Part shown: positions 32,672-38,203 of the stretch, piece by piece
How the letters are laid out: the number at the start of each line of letters is the position of its first letter
How positions within the stretch are numbered: position 1 is the first letter of the stretch
Assembly (NCBI GenBank): GCA_028278785.1
Contig: JAPYOG010000290.1
Span: 1-38,203, forward strand
Direction: 5' to 3'
Length of the DNA: 38,203 bases
DNA from: Candidatus Poriferisocius anaerobius
Lineage (GTDB): Bacteria > Actinomycetota > Acidimicrobiia > Acidimicrobiales > Bin134
Made by a program: the position numbers and the translations under genes
Notes under the pieces: generated by a model
Database searches by the model: none
What the model was told of the DNA's origin: nothing
What the model saw: the letters and a program-made list of their open reading frames with translations, nothing else

Positions 32672-33232
32672 ATGCGGTTGGAACGGGCTGTGGGCTATGG
32701 CGCGCTGGTCAGCACCGGCGTACTCATTGCCCACGCATTCGGCTATCTGATCGCCTATTCCAGCGCTGCCGACCGCAGCATTGCTCTGGCCGGACACGCC
32801 TACTTTGGCCCGACAGCCTGGGTGATCATCCCGCTGGCCTCGCTGCTCATCGCCGCGGTGGTGGTCCGGGCCGCAGCTCGCAGCGCGGTCGCCGGGTTCC
32901 GGCCGGGAGTGGTGTCGGCTGCTGTTATGGCCGGATTCTTCGCACTCGAGGTACTGGAGCGCGTACCCGCCGGTGAGCACCATGCCGCGTTCACCGAGCC
33001 CGGCGTGGTAGTCGGCCTGATCCTGTCGCTTCCAGTGGGATGGGTGCTGGCCAAGCTCGCCCGAAGCATCGAGCGCATTGTCGAGGCCATCGTCAACAGC
33101 TCCCGGCGCCGGTGGTCCCGCCAGGTGGTGCTGGCCGCCCTAGTCGAGGCACTGGCGGCAAACATTGGGCGGTTCTTCAGCCTGCTTCCCTCTCCCCGCG
33201 GTCCTCCCGGGCTGCGTGTTCTGACCATCTGA
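32672..33232 (+). CDS. His-containing ~4-TM membrane protein with a C-terminal RGPP motif
   Basis: AHAFGY and GHAY in TM segments; ends SLLPSPRGPPGLRVLTI; TAGTTT -10 6 nt before the ATG. Confidence 0.75.
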   Translation: MRLERAVGYGALVSTGVLIAHAFGYLIAYSSAADRSIALAGHAYFGPTAWVIIPLASLLIAAVVVRAAARSAVAGFRPGVVSAAVMAGFFALEVLERVPAGEHHAAFTEPGVVVGLILSLPVGWVLAKLARSIERIVEAIVNSSRRRWSRQVVLAALVEALAANIGRFFSLLPSPRGPPGLRVLTI

Positions 33233-33260
33233 CCTGAACACGCCCCTAAGAGAGGAGCCC
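33200..33260 (+). promoter_or_regulatory. Candidate SD-sequestering hairpin between the RGPP gene and the lipoprotein gene
   Basis: Perfect stem GCGTGTTC (33214-33221)/GAACACGC (33236-33243); GGTCCTC (33200-33206) or GGGCT (33209-33213) can pair with GAGGAGCCC (33252-33260). Confidence 0.5.
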
Positions 33261-33263
33261 AAA

Positions 33264-34115
33264 ATGAAATCAACTCGCTATGCGCGGGGGCTGGTCGGCC
33301 TGCTGGCCATTCTCGGCTTGCTGGCCGCCGCCTGCGGCAACGACGACACTGTGGGACCGGCGCCGACGACCGACCCCACAATCGCCCCCGAGACCCCGCA
33401 ACCCACTGCCAGCCATTCTGACGAAATGGCCATGGAGGAAACCGACGACGATCACGACCGCGATCGCGGACACGACCACACCACTCTGATGGAGGTGGGC
33501 TACGAACCGGTGCCCACCATCGAGCTCAAAACCCACCTCGACCCCGCATCGGGCGTCAACCTCGAGATCATTACGACTGGCTTCACCCTGGCGCCTGAAA
33601 GAGCCTCGACCGACCCGGTCGACGGAGAAGGGCACTTCCACATCTATGTGGACGGGGTGAAGCTCAGGCGGACGTACGACCATTGGGCCCACGTCGGTCT
33701 CAAGGAGCCCGGCGACTACGAAATCCGAGTGGAGATGTCGGCTAACAACCACGCCCCGCTAGCGGTGAACGGAGAAATCCTCGATGCCACCGCCGTGGTG
33801 ACCATTACCGGTGCTGCTGAGGATTCTGAACCCATGGAGATGGAGGACAGCGTGGGTACCACCATCGAGCTAGAGGTGGTTGGCGGCAAACCGGTGGACG
33901 GGGTGCAGCGCTTCGGGGTCGACGCCGGAGACGACGTCACCATCGTCGTGAACGGCGATACCACCGACGAGCTCCACTTCCACGGCTACGACTTGGTGGT
34001 GCCCTTCGCTCCGGGACAGCCCGGCACCATCACTTTCGAGGCCAACATCCCCGGCATCTTCGAGGTGGAGACCCACCACCACGGTGATCTGGTGATGGAG
34101 CTCCAAGTGGGATGA
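33264..34115 (+). CDS. His-rich lipoprotein with a GHxH domain and a C-terminal cupredoxin-like domain
   Basis: Lipobox LAAAC; DHDRDRGHDH linker; GEGHFHIYVDG, NNHAP; DELHFHGYD..GIFEVETHHH. Confidence 0.8.
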   Translation: MKSTRYARGLVGLLAILGLLAAACGNDDTVGPAPTTDPTIAPETPQPTASHSDEMAMEETDDDHDRDRGHDHTTLMEVGYEPVPTIELKTHLDPASGVNLEIITTGFTLAPERASTDPVDGEGHFHIYVDGVKLRRTYDHWAHVGLKEPGDYEIRVEMSANNHAPLAVNGEILDATAVVTITGAAEDSEPMEMEDSVGTTIELEVVGGKPVDGVQRFGVDAGDDVTIVVNGDTTDELHFHGYDLVVPFAPGQPGTITFEANIPGIFEVETHHHGDLVMELQVG

Positions 34116-34128
34116 TCCCGTTGCGACC

Positions 34129-34510
34129 ATGCTGAATGCCGTGCCAGCCCACGGGGTGGGGGCGCGGGGCGACTTACCCCTGCCGTTCTACCTGTTCGGC
34201 ATCGGCGCGGCTGCGGGCGCCTTTCTCAGGGTTGACTACCCTGACCCCCCGCATCGACCTGCTGGCCGTGCTGTTGGTGCTGCTGGGCGGCACCACTTTC
34301 GACTCGCTGGCCAGCAGCACCCTGTGGCCCGATCTGGTCGGCACCCCCCGAGGCTGGACCTCCACCGGCATCAACACCGCAGGAATGATCGTCGTCATTG
34401 CGATCATGGCCGCGCTCTACTACCTGGGGTCGCTGGCCGTGGGCTGGTTCACCGAGCAGCCAGCCTCCGAAGTAGCCCGGCGCTTCGCCCACTCCCTGGT
34501 ACCCACGACA
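34129..34510 (+). pseudogene. Internally deleted and truncated actinobacterial membrane protein of the HG..RxDLPLP type
   Basis: AHGVGARGDLPLPFYLFGIGAAA in one frame jumps to a later region (LLGGTTFDSL..RRFAHSLVP) in another frame, then stops. Confidence 0.6.
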
Positions 34511-34689
34511 ACAACCACACGCCGCCTGACTCCCGCAAACCCACTCCAACAAACAGGTGACACATCATCACCGGACGAAGTTCACAGCGAGCCGCGAGTC
34601 TCACGTCGTAACCGATCAGGCTGCGGCCCAAATGGATAAGGCAGTCGCTCTCGTTTTAGACCATCAGTGACATGTTGCGGGCTTCGCCA

Positions 34690-36093
34690 CTATCCAACCT
34701 GGTGTGTGGGGACCCGTAAACCTTCTGGGTCCGCGGTCTGGCGGGTTGTTTCGGAGGTTCTCCACTCTTCGGCCAGGGCCTCGGCGTGGAACTCGGTGAT
34801 GATGTTCGCCAAGCCCATCCCGGGGAGGGCTTCGCGGAACTCGCCGGGGGTTATGTAGAAGAACTCGCGGCGCAGGTTGACGAGGTTGACGCGCTTGTCA
34901 GCGAAGTGGCGGTGGAGCCTGGTTTCGAGATCGACGGCGTCCTCGGCGAATACGAGGGCGTGGAGGTCGTAGCCGAAGGGCACCGAGGCGTCGCCCAGCT
35001 CCTTGACGCGGTCCATCGGTTCGAGGCGTCTCGTCATGCCGATCTTGACCATCCGCTCGCCGAATGAGCCGATGTTGGAGATGACGTACACGTATCCTGC
35101 CCTGATGTTGGCCGCCCGGTAGTCCACGGTCTCGATGGCGCTGTCGAGTTCCTGGAGCTGGACTTCGAGCGCGGCGATGTCCTCGGCGCTGCCGCTGGAA
35201 GCGCGCAGTGAGGCGAGAGTCTGCTGGTAGTGGGCCTGCTCCTTGCGGAGGCGCTCGCGCTCGGCTTCGATCTCCTTGCGGGCTTTGGCCTCTTCTCTGA
35301 GCCGGGACCGTTCCTCTTTGGCCGCCTCTTTCTCCTCTTCCTTCTTGGCGAGCCAGTCGGCGACCAGTTCGAGTTCGAGGCGGCGCGTTCTGTGGTAGTC
35401 GGCCGCAATGGAGATCTCCATGGGCTGAGCGCCGAGCCGGTCGATGATGCGTCGCGACTGGTCGATCTTGTCGAGGGCGGCGTCGAGGCGGAAGGGGCGC
35501 ATCTTGTCCACGAGGGCGGCGGCCTCGCTGTTGTAGGCGCGCAGCAGCAGCTTGGATGTGTCATTTATCATCTTGCGGCCCTTGGCGGCGCTGTTGTTGA
35601 CATGCCACTCGGCGGACGTGGTCGTGACTGCCGTCTTCTCCTTGACCATCTCCTTCATGCGCGCCCGAATGGCCTTGAGCCGGTCGGCGTAAGCTGCGGC
35701 GTCCTCAAGGGCGTGCCGGTACTGGTACACGCCGACCTCCTGGAGCATGACCGTGTCCTCGGTGGCGATCACCTCCTCTCGCAGCTCTGCAAGATACTCG
35801 CCCGCCTCGACAGCCTCGGTCCGCGCTCGGGCGGCCTCTGCCTCGGCCTGTACTCTGGCGGCGTCGGCCTCGGCCTTTGCGGCAGTGAGCTGGTCGATGA
35901 GCTCGCTCATCTCGTCCACGGTGGCTTGCAGGCCCTGGGGAGTCGCCAGCTCGGCGAGCTGGGAGACGGCGGTGTGGAGCTGCTCGATGTCGGCGAGCAT
36001 CTTCTTGCGCCCGCCGAGCCGCGGGTAGTCGCGCGTCCGCACGGTGTCCAGAACATTGGCGATGCGGGGACCCCGAGGGGCAGCGTCGGTCAT
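34690..36093 (-). CDS. DUF4041 + T5orf172/GIY-YIG protein (PD-Lambda-1-like putative anti-phage nuclease)
   Basis: LQEVGVYQYRH, W.VNNSAAKGRKM..LLRAYNSE, coiled coil, AGYVYVISNIGSFGE..VKIGMTRRLEPMDRVKELGDASVPF..LE..LH..VN..REFF. Confidence 0.88.
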   Translation of the reverse strand: MTDAAPRGPRIANVLDTVRTRDYPRLGGRKKMLADIEQLHTAVSQLAELATPQGLQATVDEMSELIDQLTAAKAEADAARVQAEAEAARARTEAVEAGEYLAELREEVIATEDTVMLQEVGVYQYRHALEDAAAYADRLKAIRARMKEMVKEKTAVTTTSAEWHVNNSAAKGRKMINDTSKLLLRAYNSEAAALVDKMRPFRLDAALDKIDQSRRIIDRLGAQPMEISIAADYHRTRRLELELVADWLAKKEEEKEAAKEERSRLREEAKARKEIEAERERLRKEQAHYQQTLASLRASSGSAEDIAALEVQLQELDSAIETVDYRAANIRAGYVYVISNIGSFGERMVKIGMTRRLEPMDRVKELGDASVPFGYDLHALVFAEDAVDLETRLHRHFADKRVNLVNLRREFFYITPGEFREALPGMGLANIITEFHAEALAEEWRTSETTRQTADPEGLRVPTHQVG

Positions 36094-36339
36094 GGCCGGG
36101 TATGCTATCGCCCTCGCCGGTTTGCAGTCCATTGTCACACCCCAATTCAACGCACAGAGCTCCGCATGGGAACGCCGTGGACCATGTAGTAAACGGAGGC
36201 CAGGCTCAGTAGGTTGGGAGCTGAATGTCGAATGTGCCAACCAAGAATGTTCTAACCCAGGCTCTTTGGACCCAGGCAGGGAATCAGCGATCCACATCGT
36301 TCGTCATGTCTCTGGGTGGGCATGCGTAAATCGTCAGCC

Positions 36340-36568
36340 GTTGGATGCGAAAAGTCTCCATGGCTTCTCGGGTGCTCCGGTCGTGGTCAATTCATCGCCG
36401 TCGAACAACTGGTGGATCGTCGGGATGGTAACGGGCTACATAGACACACAAGAGAAGAAAGGAGTATCCAAGTCCCATAATCGGATCAACATTTTCTTCA
36501 ACGCGGGATTTACCGTATGCATACAAGCAAGCAGAATCGTTCAAGCCATTAGAAGCGAAACTGACTGA
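36340..36568 (+). pseudogene. Possible C-terminal remnant of a trypsin-like serine protease
   Basis: DAKSLHGFSGAPV..WWIVGMVTGY..NAGFTVC matches GxSGxP and the following strands; the upstream part is not protease-like. Confidence 0.5.
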
Positions 36569-36599
36569 TCCCACACGGCTCAAAATGCGCTTCACAGAC

Positions 36600-36691
36600 C
36601 CAATGGCCACGATGCACAACAGCCCCGCTTGTTTGCGCGGGACGGTGAGATGGGTGCATTTGCTTCTATGGAGTTTGTCAACAGGTCCTAG
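36600..36691 (+). mobile_element. Possible decayed IS5-type right end
   Basis: tttgtcaacaggtcctag resembles IS5-family termini ending at CTAG; weak likeness to a transposase tail (VHLLLW). Confidence 0.3.
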
Positions 36692-37764
36692 AGTGCAGGT
36701 TCCCCTAGGTCTGTTCCAGGCAATTCAGCCGATGTTCTGGATTTTGTTTCCCCGTCATCAGGAATGCTTATGGTCCTCACGAGCAGATCGACGATCCCTT
36801 GGCCGCGTGGGTGCTCTGACCGGATCAATGTGATGCTGAATCCGCCGACAATCAGCCCGAGGAGGACAACGACGATTGCTGTGTAGGCGGAGTAGTAGTG
36901 TATGTCGTTTTCGCGGGAAATGGACTCTATCGATTCCAAATAGAAGAGAGCGAAGATCGCCAACGCGGGAGCGGTGGCAACAAGTGTCCTGAATGAAGCG
37001 TAAGGCAAACTCAAGCTTTCGCCGGAGCTTTGCCTTATGACCTTGACCTTGCAAACCCGCTGTCCCACCGTGCCCCCGAACACAGAAGTTCCAACCGACT
37101 GATAAACAAAGCAGACCAGGGCGGCAACAATCCATGGATATAATGGCGGGCTGCCTTGATCCCCTTCAACATAGAAGGAGGCAAAGATTCCCACGGTTGC
37201 AATAGCAGCAATTGACAGGAGTATCCACATTGCAAAGTCAATTACCCAGGGAAATGCAGAAGCCCGAGGAGGATATTCGCCGCCTTGAGGGTCAAATGTA
37301 TGAGAGACAGCGTTGAGTATGGTCGTCGACGACAGCAGCCACGCCATAGACGCAAGAAGCGAAGAAACGGCCACCATAGCAGATATGTCACGAGCCGTTC
37401 CCGGCGGCAGCGCCGGCAATACAAGGGCAGAGGATGAGAATATGAGAGCCAAACCGGTAAGCACACACTTCCGCAACCCGATTTCGGCCAATGACATCTT
37501 CTTGTGAAACTTTTGCAGCATAGCTGCACACAACATGACAATTACGCTGAAAACCAATTTGTCCAATCGACCGAAGAGCGTGACATAGTCCACAAAGTCG
37601 CGATGAAGCCAAATGATATAGACGAAGAGATACGCGGACATCACGACAGCAATCACGACCGGCATGGGATGCTTCCTGAAACCCTTCCAACCCACGCCCT
37701 TAGGGTCTAGGTCGTACCGTGTCCTCTGTCGCAGACGCCAAGCCAAATCAGCTACGGCTGACAT
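36688..37764 (-). CDS. RDD-family membrane protein (lower GC)
   Basis: Multiple TM segments; RASAFPWVIDF, GGTVGQRVCKVKVI, FRTL, GQGIVDLLVRT. Confidence 0.75.
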   Translation of the reverse strand: MSAVADLAWRLRQRTRYDLDPKGVGWKGFRKHPMPVVIAVVMSAYLFVYIIWLHRDFVDYVTLFGRLDKLVFSVIVMLCAAMLQKFHKKMSLAEIGLRKCVLTGLALIFSSSALVLPALPPGTARDISAMVAVSSLLASMAWLLSSTTILNAVSHTFDPQGGEYPPRASAFPWVIDFAMWILLSIAAIATVGIFASFYVEGDQGSPPLYPWIVAALVCFVYQSVGTSVFGGTVGQRVCKVKVIRQSSGESLSLPYASFRTLVATAPALAIFALFYLESIESISRENDIHYYSAYTAIVVVLLGLIVGGFSITLIRSEHPRGQGIVDLLVRTISIPDDGETKSRTSAELPGTDLGEPAL

Positions 37765-37779
37765 CCTAGCCGAATGCCG

Positions 37780-37808
37780 GGGGGTCTGTCAAAAACTGAC
37801 AGACCCCC
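37780..37808. repeat. Perfect 12-bp inverted repeat
   Basis: gggggtctgtca-aaaac-tgacagaccccc; a related imperfect copy gggctctgtcgaagttctgacaggtc lies at 38083-38108. Confidence 0.75.
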
Positions 37809-38203
37809 TCTCACGAAAAGGGGGGAAGCTCAGGTCTGACGGCTTTCGGACTCTTCGGTCGTGCATTGGGGTTGCGACCGGTTGGATGCGGTTTACGACC
37901 GGCGCTGCGGAGGGTTGCGACCGGTCGCGGCAGGTGCCGTGGTGCATGATGGCGGGCATGAGCAAGGTTCTTGGCCATCTGCGGGCAGTGGGTTGCGGCA
38001 GTGCTGCTCGTGTTGGCGGGCCAGGGATGCGGGCTGTGATAGATGTATATTTCTCAGATCGACTCTGGCATATTTCTCATATGGGCTCTGTCGAAGTTCT
38101 GACAGGTCTGGGACCGGTGTTCTCGACCCGGGAGTTCGAGCGGGCGGCCGGGGTGCGCCCGTCTTCGGCGTCGCGCGCACTGGGGGAGTTGGCGGCCGGG
38201 GGC

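Noticed and set aside
34615-34660. tRNA-like fragment or att site (ggcccaaatggataaggc resembles a D arm)
   Set aside because: No anticodon stem, T arm or acceptor pairing, and no match to the tRNA-Leu 3' end.
29259-38203. Intact integrative element or prophage at tRNA-Leu
   Set aside because: No integrase, phage genes or duplicated tRNA 3' end seen within the window.

Overview
GC-rich actinobacterial chromosome segment; Acidimicrobiia-like by gene content, which is an inference. Positions 1-29343 are mostly core genome: pepA (partial), a MauE-like gene, moeB, a cell-surface glycosylation cluster (DUF2304 + GT2 + two divergent GT-C paralogues + rmlACBD), a large repeat-expanded SpoIID/LytB protein, nadA, an internally deleted and frameshifted uvrC, rapZ, gap-pgk-tpiA-secG, lipid-metabolism genes, katG and tRNA-Leu(GAG). 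After the tRNA is an accessory region with His/Cys-rich cupredoxin-type envelope proteins, fused pseudogene fragments, a DUF4041/GIY-YIG (PD-Lambda-1-like) nuclease, a lower-GC RDD gene and possible IS-end remnants. Best leads: (1) a structured nadA 5' leader with the P1/ACAUCCCC-bulge/P1a layout of the NAD+-I riboswitch, outside its known phylum; (2) a membrane protein ending in RGPP whose codons sit at the base of a hairpin that can occlude the next gene's SD, a candidate arrest-peptide switch for a metal-handling operon; (3) a Cys-less cupredoxin fused to an uncharacterised Cys/His helical domain; (4) tandem duplications spanning stop codons, one creating a 20-aa coupling ORF. All family calls come from motif recognition by eye; no searches were run.
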